Assembly: GCA_965198005.1 (NCBI GenBank)
Contig: CBDAOI010000004.1
Location: forward strand, 1,184,001-1,248,000
Direction: 5' to 3'
Length of the DNA: 64,000 bases
Source of the DNA: Spirochaetia bacterium
GTDB taxonomy: Bacteria; Spirochaetota; Spirochaetia; SZUA-6; Bin103
This document shows, one piece after another, positions 1 through 9,393 of the stretch. The notes under the pieces are model-generated. The model searched no databases. It saw only the letters and a program-made list of their open reading frames with translations, and was not told where the DNA came from. Numbering within the stretch: the stretch's first letter is position 1; the number at the start of each line of letters is the position of its first letter. The translations under genes and the position numbers were made by a program.

Positions 1-377
1 GCGGCAGGAGAGAGTTCGATCCCGGTCCGGAGAGCGCTGGCAGCCAGGGGAATGGTTCCGGCGGCCAGCTCCTGCTCGGTGTACACGAAGAGGTCGACCC
101 CTACCCCGATATCGGAGAAGTAATCGCGAAACTGGCCGGCACGATCGATGAACGGCGTCTCGGAGTCTCGCACCACCACCAGGATATCCGCATCGCTCGA
201 CGGAAGGGCGCGGTCGGAGGCTACCGAACCGAACAGGACAACCCGGACTACCGCTTCATGGTCGCGGGTCAGATTCCTCGCCGCCCGCCTGATCCGGCTC
301 TTCAGCAGGCTCCGGTCCAGCCAGAACACCTTCACAAAACCGTAGGATTGCTTCTGAATGACCGATCGCTCGGCCAT
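1..377 (-). CDS. Minimal nucleotidyltransferase (MNT) domain protein, runs off the left edge
   Basis: Manual translation from ATG 377: MAERSVIQKQSYGFVKVFWLDR...VVLFGSVASDRALPSSDADILVVV...VGVDLFVYT. This is the GS..DxD pol-beta motif. Absent from the ORF track because it has no stop in the window. Confidence 0.8.
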   Translation of the reverse strand, partial: MAERSVIQKQSYGFVKVFWLDRSLLKSRIRRAARNLTRDHEAVVRVVLFGSVASDRALPSSDADILVVVRDSETPFIDRAGQFRDYFSDIGVGVDLFVYTEQELAAGTIPLAASALRTGIELSPA

Positions 378-492
378 AGCTTATCATACGTGCCCTTCCG
401 GCCACCGTCGCCCCGTGCTATGGCCGCCGCGATGCCAATGATGCGGCCGGCGGCCGATTGACCGGCGGCGGGGGGGCGCATAGGGTAGGGGG

Positions 493-1019
493 GTGTCCGA
501 CCCGGCCCCGATCCCGATTTCAGTTACCGTGAACGGCCGCCGCTACCAGCGCGCCGTGGCGCCGCGCACGCTGCTGGTGCACTTCCTGCGCGACGCGCTG
601 GGCCTTACCGGCACCCACGTGGGATGCGAGACCAGCCTGTGCGGCGCCTGCACCGTGCTGGTCGACGGCGCGGTCACCAAGTCGTGCACGCGGTTGGCGG
701 TGCAGACCGACGGCTGTGCGGTGACCACGATCGAAGGCGTGCCACCGACGGCTGTGCGGTGACCACGATCGAAGGCGTGGCCCGCAACGGCGTGCTGCAC
801 GCGGTGCAGGAAGAGCTGTGGCGCCACCACGGCCTGCAGTGCGGGTACTGCACGCCCGGCATGGTGATGGCGGCGCTGGGGCTGCTGGCGCGCGCGCCGC
901 GGCCGGACGCGGCCGCGGTCCGGGCGGGGCTGAAGGGCAACCTGTGCCGCTGCACCGGCTACCAGAGCATCGTGCAGGCGGTAACCGCGGCGGCGGCCGC
1001 AACCGCGGCGGACGCCTGA
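493..1019 (+). pseudogene. coxS: (2Fe-2S)-binding small subunit of a CO dehydrogenase/xanthine dehydrogenase-family enzyme, frameshifted
   Basis: [16 protein letters not shown] in ORF 493-762 and QCGYCTPG...GNLCRCTGY in ORF 624-1019. The halves are split by a 38-bp tandem duplication at 706-781. Confidence 0.85.
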
Positions 1020-1918
1020 TGCATCCGGCGCCGTTCGCCTACGTGCGGGTGGACAGCGTGGCCGAGGCGCTGGCAGCCCTGGCCGATCGCCCCGACGCCC
1101 GGCTGCTGGCCGGCGGCCACAGCCTGCTGCCGGCGTTGAAGCTGCGCCTGGCGCAGCCGGCGACGCTGATCGACATCGGCCGCGTGGCCGAGCTGACCGG
1201 CATCGCCGCCGGGGATGAGCGCCTCCGCATCGGCGCGCTGGCCACCCACGACCGGATCGCCCGGGCGCCGGAGGTGGCGAGCGCCGCCACCGCGCTGGCC
1301 GAGGCGTGCGCGCAGGTCGGCGATCCCGCGGTGCGCAACTGGGGCACGCTGGGCGGCAACGTGGCCCACGCCGACCCCGCCTCCGACCCGCCGGCGGCGC
1401 TGGCGGCGCTGGGCGCCACGCTGGAGTTGACGTCCCGCAACGGCGTCCGCCGCGTCCTGGCGGCGGAGTTCTTCGTCGATCTGTTTCTCACGCAGCTCGG
1501 GGCGGACGAGATCATCACCGCGATCGAGCTGCCGGCCGGTGGCGCGGCCGCGGGAACCGGCGCTGCGGTCGGGTCGGCCTACGTCAAGCAGCCGCACCCG
1601 GCGTCGGGCTACGCCGTGTGCGGGGCGGCGGCGGTGGTCAGGCTGGACCAGGCGGGCAGGTGCGGCGCGGCCCGGCTGGCCATCGGCGGCGCCGCCGCGG
1701 CGCCGGTGACCGCCGATCTCCCGGCCCTGGCGGGCGCCGCGCCGGACCGGCTGCAGCCGGGGCTGGTCGGCGACGTGCTGGCCGCGCTCAGGATCGACGA
1801 TCCCCTGGAGGATGCGTACGCTCCCGGCTCATACCGGGTCCACCTAGCGCGCGTGCTTGGCCGCCGCGCCCTGCTCCGGGCCGCCGCCCGCGCCGCTCCG
1901 CCGCCCGCCTCGGCGTAG
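1019..1918 (+). CDS. coxM: FAD-binding medium subunit of a CO dehydrogenase/xanthine dehydrogenase-family enzyme
   Basis: MHPAPFAY...LLAGGHSLLPALKLRLAQP...VRNWGTLGGNVAHADPASD; TGATG overlap with coxS. Confidence 0.9.
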   Translation: MHPAPFAYVRVDSVAEALAALADRPDARLLAGGHSLLPALKLRLAQPATLIDIGRVAELTGIAAGDERLRIGALATHDRIARAPEVASAATALAEACAQVGDPAVRNWGTLGGNVAHADPASDPPAALAALGATLELTSRNGVRRVLAAEFFVDLFLTQLGADEIITAIELPAGGAAAGTGAAVGSAYVKQPHPASGYAVCGAAAVVRLDQAGRCGAARLAIGGAAAAPVTADLPALAGAAPDRLQPGLVGDVLAALRIDDPLEDAYAPGSYRVHLARVLGRRALLRAAARAAPPPASA

Positions 1919-1985
1919 CGCGCAGGCTGACTGGCCGCCGCCCGCGCTGGCCGCGCCGGCCGGGAACGGCCGGGATCAGCCGGGA

Positions 1986-2528
1986 TCAGATCGCGCCGAA
2001 CTGGTCGTAGCTCTCCTCGAGCGTGAACGAGCGGGTGCGGCCGCCGCGCGGGGCGTGGGCGATGCCGTTGTAGCCGCCAGCGTAGAACAACAGCGGCTTG
2101 CCGCCGCTCAGGCCGCCGCCGACGATCGCCCCGACCACGATCTCGTGATCGCCGCCGGCATGGCGGCTGTGCACGGTGCAGTCCAGGTAGCCGAGACAGT
2201 CCGCCAGAATCGGCGCGCCGCTGTCCCCGGTCACGAGCTCGAGACCGCGGTAGTCCTTGGGACCGGGCGTGGCGAAGCGCTGCGACAGCGCCTCCTGGTC
2301 GGCCCGCAGGAGATTGATCGCGAACGCCGGCGTGGCGCTCAGTTGCTGCCGCATCCGGTTGCGCAGGTCGATCGCGAACAGCACCAGCGGCGGTTCCAGC
2401 GACAGCGAGGTGATCGAGTTGGCGGTCATTACGTGCATGCTGCCGCCTGCGGCGCCGGTGGTGATCACCGCCACGCCGGTGGCGAAGTGTCCCATGATGC
2501 GGCGCTGCAGAGTGGTATCGATTGCCAT
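1986..2528 (-). CDS. Flavin reductase family protein
   Basis: MGHFATGVAVITT...TANSITSLSLEPPLVL...GGDHEIVVG...PLLFYAGGY. Confidence 0.92.
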   Translation of the reverse strand: MAIDTTLQRRIMGHFATGVAVITTGAAGGSMHVMTANSITSLSLEPPLVLFAIDLRNRMRQQLSATPAFAINLLRADQEALSQRFATPGPKDYRGLELVTGDSGAPILADCLGYLDCTVHSRHAGGDHEIVVGAIVGGGLSGGKPLLFYAGGYNGIAHAPRGGRTRSFTLEESYDQFGAI

Positions 2529-2571
2529 TCGGTCGTCTGTGGCGTGTGTGGTGTCTGTGGCGTCCGGCCGG

Positions 2572-3648
2572 CTACGACCGGGCCACGGCGGGAACCACTT
2601 CGCCGGCCAGCAGCTCCAGCGACCGCCGCCAGCGCGCGCGGTGGTCCCAATCGTGGGCGATCATCAGCAACGTCCCGAACCCGCCGGTGGTCTTCTGCAG
2701 TGCGCGCAGGCGGTCGATGCAGGTCTGCACGCTGCCGATGATACACAGCTTGCGCATCACGTACTCGACCGTGATCTCGGCATCGGGCTGCTCGGGGTAT
2801 TCCTTCATCACGTAGAGCACGTTGCCGGCCTCCAGGATCCTGATCAGATACTCGAGCGCGCCCGCGAACGATCCGCCGCGGGCATGCTCCCAGGCCGCCG
2901 CATCGGACTCCGCCACCAGGATGCTGCGCGAGATCCGCCACAGGCGGCGGTCGGGAGCGGGGCGCCCGGCTTCGGCCGCGCCCCGGCAGTAGGTCTCCCA
3001 GTGGGCGGCCAGGGTGGATTCGGGCACCAGGTTGATGCTGAGCGGCAGGAACCCGCGCTTGCCGGCGGTGCGCGCCGCCAGCGAGGCGGCCTTGATCACG
3101 CTCATCCCGATCGGCGGATGCGGCTGCTGATAGGGCTTGAGCAGCGTGCCGATGCCCAACTCGGGATCGGGCTCGCCGGCGTGGACGTGCCAGAACTTGC
3201 CGCGAAAGTCGAACGGCGGGTCGGTGCGCCACAGCTTCATCACCAGATCCATCCCCTCCAGCGTCATCAGGCCCTGCGTCTTGCCGTCCGGCAGGTCGAA
3301 CAGCGGCCAGTCACTGGGCACGCCGCTCTGGCCGAACCCGACGTTGATGCGGCCGCGCGACAGATGGTCGAGAAACGCCAGCCGCACCGCCACGTTCACC
3401 GGGTGGTCGTGGGGAATGATCGACACTCCGGTGCCCAGACGGATCGTGCTGGTGCGGGGCAGCAGGGTGGCGATGAACAGGTCGTTGGCGGGAATCGGCT
3501 CCCATGCCACCGAGTGGTGCTGCCCGATCCAGGCCTCGGTGAAGCCCAGCGACTCGGCCAGCACCACCTGCTCGATGTCCTCGTCGAAGCATTGCGTGCG
3601 GTCCTTGGCCGGCGGGTGCAGCGGCATCATGAACATCCCGAGCTTCAT
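2572..3648 (-). CDS. LLM-class (luciferase-like) flavin-dependent monooxygenase
   Basis: MKLGMFMMPLHPP...AESLGFTEAWIGQHHS...IRLGTGV...LDHLSRGR; lies upstream of the flavin reductase. Confidence 0.9.
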   Translation of the reverse strand: MKLGMFMMPLHPPAKDRTQCFDEDIEQVVLAESLGFTEAWIGQHHSVAWEPIPANDLFIATLLPRTSTIRLGTGVSIIPHDHPVNVAVRLAFLDHLSRGRINVGFGQSGVPSDWPLFDLPDGKTQGLMTLEGMDLVMKLWRTDPPFDFRGKFWHVHAGEPDPELGIGTLLKPYQQPHPPIGMSVIKAASLAARTAGKRGFLPLSINLVPESTLAAHWETYCRGAAEAGRPAPDRRLWRISRSILVAESDAAAWEHARGGSFAGALEYLIRILEAGNVLYVMKEYPEQPDAEITVEYVMRKLCIIGSVQTCIDRLRALQKTTGGFGTLLMIAHDWDHRARWRRSLELLAGEVVPAVARS

Positions 3649-3750
3649 CGCGGCCCAATATACCTCCGCGCTTCCGGTGTTTACACGGCGGCCGGAATTT
3701 GGTATGTATTGACCGCGTGTGCGGCCCCGGCGGCGTGGGTCTCCGCACGG

Positions 3751-3823
3751 TCCCCTGTAGCTCAGTTGGTAGAGCGGGTGGCTGTTAACCACTAGGTCGG
3801 CAGTTCGAGTCTGTCCGGGGGAG
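3751..3823 (+). tRNA. tRNA-Asn (GTT), CCA not encoded
   Basis: TCCCCTG/CGGGGGA acceptor stem, TAGCTCAGTTGGTAGAGC D-arm, anticodon GTT at 3784-3786, GTTCGAGT T-loop. Confidence 0.96.
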
Positions 3824-4116
3824 CAAGCTCCGATAATCGTCTGAACGTGAACATCGGGCCGTGGCGGCAACGAAGGCGTGCCGCTTGACAAGTGGTTCGG
3901 CAGCTTCCACGACGGGTCGCCGGCGGCGCACGCGGCGATGCGCGCCCGCAAGCGCAAACTCGGCAACCGCGGGGCACCGGCCGCCATCGACGGGTAGGGC
4001 CGCTGCCGCCACGGACGCCGCTGAGAGAGTCGCGCCCCAAAACAAGCTGGCGCCAATTACGTAAGGGTTACTCAGCATGCCCACCAAGTCACCCCGACTC
4101 AGAGGAGGCACTCGCG

Positions 4117-4335
4117 ATGAAGTGCAGTATTGACGGATGTCCCGGCACGTACGAATCAGAGAGAGTAGTGCATACGGTACGGCACGCTGGTCAACTGGTG
4201 GTCATTGCCCACGTCCCTGCTGACGTCTGTTCCGTATGTGGAGATGTGCTTCTGAAACCGGACACGGTACGCAGGATCGAATTACTGCTTGACGAGCAAC
4301 AAGAGCCCACCACGACCGTACCTCTTTACGAATAA
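4117..4335 (+). CDS. YgiT-type zinc finger protein (MqsA-like antitoxin), orphan
   Basis: MKCSIDGC...LVVIAHVPADVCSVCGDVLLKPDTVRRIE; GAGG RBS upstream. Confidence 0.8.
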   Translation: MKCSIDGCPGTYESERVVHTVRHAGQLVVIAHVPADVCSVCGDVLLKPDTVRRIELLLDEQQEPTTTVPLYE

Positions 4336-4588
4336 GCCTGACCGGGCCCCTGATCTTCTCCACACGAATCCTCCTGCGTGCCATGCTGCTCCCTCCTGTA
4401 CGGATTTGGGGGGAGCGTAGCGGAGGATCGGCCGACCCCGTCCGGAAATCAACCTCCAAGTGGCTTTTTTCCGCCGGACGGGTGGCTTTTTATTTGGGGA
4501 TTATATACCAAGGTACCCACGGGCTCCGACGGGTAGCCGGCCCGCTCCGGGCGGAAATCGAACTCTGCCTGTCCGCCGCCTGCGGCCT

Positions 4589-4753
4589 TCAATGAGGCCT
4601 CGGCCCCCAATGCTTCGGTGGCCGGAGAACCGCCTGTAGCAGCTGCTCCACCGGCACGTTGAGCGGTTTCCAGAGATCAGGGTCCCTGGGCGGACGCCCC
4701 GGCCCGCGCTTTTCCCCGCTCTCGTCCTTACCCTTCTTCTTCCCTCGTCCCAT
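4589..4753 (-). CDS. 54-aa basic AT-hook-like microprotein
   Basis: Strong GGAGGAGG RBS; MGRGKKKGKDESGEKRGPGRPPRDPDLWKPLNVPVEQLLQAVLRPPKHWGPRPH; similar to 8232-8426. Confidence 0.65.
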   Translation of the reverse strand: MGRGKKKGKDESGEKRGPGRPPRDPDLWKPLNVPVEQLLQAVLRPPKHWGPRPH

Positions 4754-4754
4754 C

Positions 4755-4914
4755 TCAGCCTCCTCCGGCCAGCCCCGTTACGGTTTCGAGGATTCTGGTG
4801 ACACTTGCGGTCCAAGCCGTCGAGCCGGACGTTGATCCCGGATACGTCCTGCCGCAGGTTCTCCTGCCCCTCCGCGAGGCGGAGCAGAAGGCCGTCGCGT
4901 TCATTATCCGTCAT
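4755..4914 (-). CDS. Small coiled-coil hypothetical protein, apparently with a 1-nt frameshift
   Basis: GGGGGAG RBS; MTDNERDGLLLRLAEGQENLRQDVSGINVRLDGLDRK, then in a shifted frame VTRILETVTGLAGGG-stop just before the next ATG. Confidence 0.45.
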
Positions 4915-5013
4915 GTCTCCCCCCTCATAATGGTGTCGCACTCGATATAGTATACCACCCCGGCAGGATAGCGCAAACCGGGGGGAGGTAGGGGAAGGGT
5001 AAGTAATTACGTG

Positions 5014-5304
5014 CTAATCACTTGGCGGCGGGGGCGCAGGCGGCCCATGATGGCTCCGTATCGCGTCGATAACCTCGCGCGGCCAGACTCGCTCCACCGG
5101 GCGGTTCCGGGAGAGCCCCAGATGGTAGGCTGCGTCCTTGTAGTCGTAGTACCCGTAGTGTTGCGCCAGCCGGGTAGCTTCCTTGCGCTTCAGCATCGTG
5201 TTGATCGCACCCCGATGCAGACGACTCCCAGTAGGTTCAGGAACAATATGAACAGGATAATAAACACGGCTATCCACCTCGTTGCTCGACCTCGGCAGGT
5301 GCAT
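5014..5304 (-). CDS. Hypothetical protein (96 aa)
   Basis: ORF with GGAGAG RBS and an upstream TGGTATAAT extended -10 (5325-5333, minus strand). Confidence 0.45.
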   Translation of the reverse strand: MHLPRSSNEVDSRVYYPVHIVPEPTGSRLHRGAINTMLKRKEATRLAQHYGYYDYKDAAYHLGLSRNRPVERVWPREVIDAIRSHHGPPAPPPPSD

Positions 5305-5352
5305 TCTCTCCGCCCCGTTATAGGGTATTATACCATATCGAGTGAGATATAG

Positions 5353-7174
5353 CCCTAAATAAGCGATTCGCTCTGAATGGGTTGAAAAAGATCCTCCTAA
5401 GTGCTCTAATGGGAAGTATCTAAACCGATCCGGTCAAGCACCGAGGAGGATCCAAATAGATGCAGTCACCAGACTACCACACCGATGACGATGCTGGTCA
5501 ACCCCAATTCACGAATCCACGAATAGAAGTGACCGAGCACGGCGGCGCTCCGCTGCTGAGCTGGTCAGGGATCGCCATCATACAGCAGCTCATGGAACAC
5601 CTTGGGGTCGCAGGTGCGCTCGATGCTGGGGTCCGGGTGTTGCGCCGTTGCAAGTGGTACACGGAGTCGGATCACATTCTTACCGTGATCTACAACATGC
5701 TTACGGGAGGGAGCCGGCTGAGCGACATCAACCGGCTCCGGGAGGACCCGGGAGTACAGCGAGTGTTGGGCACGGAGCGGATTCCGCATGCGACCACAGT
5801 AGGCGACTTCCTGGCGCGCTTCGGAGAGGAACGGAATAAGGTAGCGCTCAGTGAGTTACGCGAGGTGGGTGAGGCCTTGCAGCAGGATGAGTTCGCGCTG
5901 CTACCACGGGAGCGGCGCGCGATGGCGACCATCGATATGGACTCATCGATCCATGAGGTGTATGGGAAGAAGAAGGAAGGGGCGGACTATGCGTACGACA
6001 ATACGTGGAGCTACAACGCCTTGTACGGGACGCTGGCAGAGACCGGGGACGTGCTCTATATTGGGCTGAGGGAAGGCTGCCGGTACACCAGCTACGGCAC
6101 CAAGGAAGTGCTACCGGGAATCATCGACCGGGTGGGCGACCATTTTCGGGCAGTGCGGATGCGCGGTGACAGCGGCTTCTACGACCAAGAGATTGTGAAG
6201 GTCTGCGAGGCTCGGGGAGTGGAGTTCTTCATCGTCGTCAAGAAGCATGAGAATGTGATGAAGGCGGTGCATGGGATCCCGGAACAGGCATGGAATCCAT
6301 TTCAGCCCAATCAATTAACCAGAGGGGGCCGTAGCGGCCGCCGGCGTAGGCGGCGGGAGAACCTGAAGCGCAAGATCAGCATAGCACGCCGGCCCAGAAG
6401 CACGTTCAAAGGCCAACCCGAGATCGCGACCATCATGTTTCAACCTGAGACCTGGAGCAAGCCGTACCGGTTGGTGATCAAGCGGACGCCGATCATCGAC
6501 AAGGATGACCAGCAATTGTACTTGGACGATGGCATGAGGAAGTACGTCTACTGGATCGTAGTGACCAACTCGACGCGCAGCAACACGGCGGTGCTGCGGA
6601 TCGCGCAGGGTCGGGGCAACCAAGAGAATCTCATTAAGGACTTCAAGCATGGGTTGGGACTGTCCCATATCCCCACCGGCTCCCTGGCCGCGAACCAAGC
6701 TTACTTTCTGATCGCAGCCCTGGCCTGGAATCTGAAGACGTGGATGCTGAATCTGCTTGAGCTTGGCGATGGAGCGGTGCTGCGCTTCAAGCGCTTTCTG
6801 TATCTGTGGATCTGCCAAGCGAGGATCGTGGCAAAGACGGGGCGGGGCAGCGTGCTGCTCAAGCTGCCTGCGGGAGAATACTACCAGAGGTTTGGCAGCG
6901 CGCTTGGCCGGCTGGCTGCGCTCCGGATCTAGCTCGGCGTCGGCTGCTCGGTGATCCGAGTTACAGGGAGCAGTATGCCCGGAAACTACCACAGAGGGTC
7001 AATTTGGCCGCCGAACAGCCGCATGAACCTGTTCATCCCCAGGCGCCAGACAATTTCGCCGACGGATGCTGTCCGAGCCACGCTCGCCACACCGATGAGC
7101 GCGCAAAAACTGCCGCAAAATGACGATTTTGTTCACTCCCGCATACGATCCACCATCTTATCGCTTATTTTGCG
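5353..7174 (+). mobile_element. IS1380-family insertion sequence
   Basis: Imperfect TIRs CCCTAAATAAGCGAT / ATCGCTTATTTTGCG; direct repeat ATATAG at 5347-5352 and 7175-7180. Confidence 0.8.
5460..6932 (+). CDS. IS1380-family DDE transposase
   Basis: TIDMDSSIHEVYG...RMRGDSGFY...QGRGNQENLIKDFKHG...ANQAYFLIAALAWNL. Confidence 0.92.
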   Translation: MQSPDYHTDDDAGQPQFTNPRIEVTEHGGAPLLSWSGIAIIQQLMEHLGVAGALDAGVRVLRRCKWYTESDHILTVIYNMLTGGSRLSDINRLREDPGVQRVLGTERIPHATTVGDFLARFGEERNKVALSELREVGEALQQDEFALLPRERRAMATIDMDSSIHEVYGKKKEGADYAYDNTWSYNALYGTLAETGDVLYIGLREGCRYTSYGTKEVLPGIIDRVGDHFRAVRMRGDSGFYDQEIVKVCEARGVEFFIVVKKHENVMKAVHGIPEQAWNPFQPNQLTRGGRSGRRRRRRENLKRKISIARRPRSTFKGQPEIATIMFQPETWSKPYRLVIKRTPIIDKDDQQLYLDDGMRKYVYWIVVTNSTRSNTAVLRIAQGRGNQENLIKDFKHGLGLSHIPTGSLAANQAYFLIAALAWNLKTWMLNLLELGDGAVLRFKRFLYLWICQARIVAKTGRGSVLLKLPAGEYYQRFGSALGRLAALRI

Positions 7175-7236
7175 ATATAGTCTACCCCATCCCCCCCTTG
7201 AAGGAGGGGGGGATGGGTCACAAGGAGGCATGGAAC

Positions 7237-8031
7237 ATGGCAGATATTCAAGAGAGTGCTCAGTCGGAGAGCGCTCAGCGACGCAGACGGCGGCGCGTCT
7301 GGGCCGTAGTCGGAATCCCGGTCGGTGCATTTATTGCGTATCTTTTCATATACGCAGCTATTAACCCGAAACCCGATCCGATCAGCTTGTCGGCTAAGGT
7401 CAGAATTATAGGCCAGTTGCTGGTTGTGTACAATGACGACGACGCCTACTGGACGCCAGTCCATTTCACAATCAATAACGAGTACCGCTACACCCATGAC
7501 ATGCTTGCCGCTACAGGCGAGATAGATATTCCGTTGCATGACTTCGTTACTGATGAGGGGGTACGATTCAACCCGCAGACACATCAGATATTAAATCTGA
7601 GCATCGTTGCCCTGGATGCTTCGTACGAAGATGGCAAGCAGGTAGGCAGCTGGTATTATTCCAGAGACGGCATAAATGATGGCTTTATAGATGATCTATA
7701 CGCATGGTATGAGGGAGGCACCTTACATGAGGTTGACGGGGATACTTGGCTTTGGGCTCCACGGATAGACAAGCTCGCCACCGCAGCTGATTGGGCGGCT
7801 ACTTGGGGATGGATTAAAGCAGGCAACGAGGAGCCGCTTACCGCCGCCCAGTTCATCTCCATGATGCTTATAGCCGAAGGGAAAGGGGGCGAAGCTCATG
7901 CGCTTCGAATTCTTCTCCAAGGCGCAACCGATCTCGTTGCGTGCCTTGATACGGCGTATTCGCCGGATGGCGAGGGCGCACCCTTATCCAATGTGGTCGC
8001 CGGAAGGTGTTTGAAGATGATGGATCCGTAA
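7237..8031 (+). CDS. Hypothetical membrane-anchored protein (cassette passenger); start 7213 or 7237
   Basis: RRRRRR followed by one hydrophobic helix (VWAVVGIPVGAFIAYLFIYAAI); lower GC than the flanks. Confidence 0.6.
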   Translation: MADIQESAQSESAQRRRRRRVWAVVGIPVGAFIAYLFIYAAINPKPDPISLSAKVRIIGQLLVVYNDDDAYWTPVHFTINNEYRYTHDMLAATGEIDIPLHDFVTDEGVRFNPQTHQILNLSIVALDASYEDGKQVGSWYYSRDGINDGFIDDLYAWYEGGTLHEVDGDTWLWAPRIDKLATAADWAATWGWIKAGNEEPLTAAQFISMMLIAEGKGGEAHALRILLQGATDLVACLDTAYSPDGEGAPLSNVVAGRCLKMMDP

Positions 8032-8231
8032 TGAGTAAGGCAGGACTAACCTACCCGTCGGAGCCCGTGGGTACCTTGGTATATAATTCCCTTTTATTTG
8101 GGGATTATACAATCTTACCCATAGCTGGGTAACGGGCAGATTACGCCATTTCGTACCACTGCCCACTGCCAGGCATCCTCGAACGCGACCCACCTGACGC
8201 CAATCGCCAGAGGTTCAGACGATTCACGCGG

Positions 8232-8426
8232 CTACTTCTTGGCTTTGAGGTAGTCCCATTCCTTTTTGGGTGGCCCCTGCATGATCGCGCGGGCCAACTC
8301 ATCCAGCGTCGCCGGAATCGGTGTGGGCATGATCTTGGGCGGTCGCCCGGGTCCCCGCTTTGACCCGCTGGCCCCTGATTGCTGTTTGCGCGGACGGCCC
8401 CGCTCGCGCTTCGTGGTCCTCCCCAT
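8232..8426 (-). CDS. 64-aa AT-hook microprotein downstream of the IS1595 transposase
   Basis: MGRTTKRERGRPRK...KRGPGRPPKIMPTPIPATLDELARAIMQGPPKKEWDYLKAKK. It is fused to the transposase in the ORF track only through a frameshift. Confidence 0.6.
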   Translation of the reverse strand: MGRTTKRERGRPRKQQSGASGSKRGPGRPPKIMPTPIPATLDELARAIMQGPPKKEWDYLKAKK

Positions 8427-8464
8427 GGCGGCTGAATTACAGATTCGGGGAACTATCCCCAATG

Positions 8465-9269
8465 TCAAGTCGCGGTGCTGGTGCGGCGCGGTCGCCCGAC
8501 CGCCAAGTCTTGGTAGCGCAGGCGCTTCCCGACCATTCCTTGCGCCATGATTCGTCATTTGCAGTTCGGTGTCGCATGGCCGCTGGTTGTGCCGGCCTGA
8601 AAACTCGTTTACGTAGCGTTGGATGTGGGCAGGGCTCATCCGGTGGTAGGTACCGTAGTAGCCCCGCTTGAGCATCGACCAGAACGATTCCATCCCGTTG
8701 ACGTGCACCTTGTCGTTCACGTACTCGCCCACCGAGTGCCGCACTTGGTGCCGGTTGGGCATCCCGTCGTAGGACTGCAGATCGTCGGTGAACACGTCCG
8801 CCTCCTGCGCTACGCGGTCGGCGGCAAAGTCCCTTGCAGCTCGCGCTTGCTGGTCCCCGCTACCACGGCCGCGCTGCGCCAAGTGCCACGCGGTTTTCTG
8901 CGTGACGCCCAGGTCTCGATGGAGCTTCATGCTGGAGGTTCCCTTCAACCCCGTGGTCAGCAGGTAGAGCGCGATTACCCAGGTCTGGAAACCGAGGTTG
9001 GAACCCTGCATCAGGGTGCCGGTCTTGGCGGAGAAGTCGGTGCGGCAGGAGCGGCACCGGTAGGGCTGGGGCTTGCGCGTCGGTCGCGCCTGCACGTTGT
9101 CCGAGGCGCAGGCGGGGCACTGAACACCAGACGGCCAGCGGGTTTCAACGAACCACTGTTCGGCCGTGGCGTTATCTGGGAACCGCTGGAAGCATTCCAT
9201 GAGCGACATCCCGATCCGGTAGTACTTGCCGGGTCCTTTCTGCGGCGGCCCCCGTCCTTTCTTTGCCAT
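8465..9269 (-). pseudogene. IS1595-family transposase with internal deletion and C-terminal frameshift
   Basis: Zn ribbon CPAC...CRSC, SSMKLHRDLGVTQKTAW, VFTDD, HVNGMESFWSMLKRGYYGTYH...YVNEF. The first catalytic segment (E.DE.Y.GG) is missing. Confidence 0.85.
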
Positions 9270-9393
9270 TACGGTAGTATTTTACCCGCCCCGGGCCGGC
9301 GGCGTCAAGCACCCTTGGGTAAAACCGTATATAATTCCCGAAGCTTACGTCCGGACAGCCTGGAGTCGATGCGCTGCGCGGCGGGGAAGTATC

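Larger units (their letters stand above)
4496..8091. mobile_element. Non-autonomous IS1595-type cassette with passenger genes and a nested IS1380
   Basis: 41-bp inverted repeats at 4496-4536 and 8051-8091 (1 mismatch; GGG[G/A]ATTATATACCAAGGTACCCACGGGCTCCGACGGGTAG). Flanked by the 8-bp direct repeat TTTTATTT (4488-4495, 8092-8099). Confidence 0.85.
8100..9339 (-). mobile_element. IS1595-family insertion sequence, degraded
   Basis: Ends GGGGATTATACAATCTTACCC and GGGTAAAACCGTATATAATTCCC enclose the transposase. No matching TSD on the right. Confidence 0.8.

Noticed and set aside
2257-3795. Long antisense/shadow ORFs (also 26271-28067, 50534-52078, 56125-57909, 58600-60228)
   Set aside because: They overlap well-supported genes and are the expected by-product of high GC.
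4380-4490. Hairpins next to the cassette as an ncRNA
   Set aside because: They are equally explained as a terminator or element scar; no family features.
8232-9269. Transposase-AT-hook fusion as a single 345-aa protein
   Set aside because: A 1-nt shift near 8550 hides the natural end (IMAQGMVGKRLRYQDL...stop at 8465).
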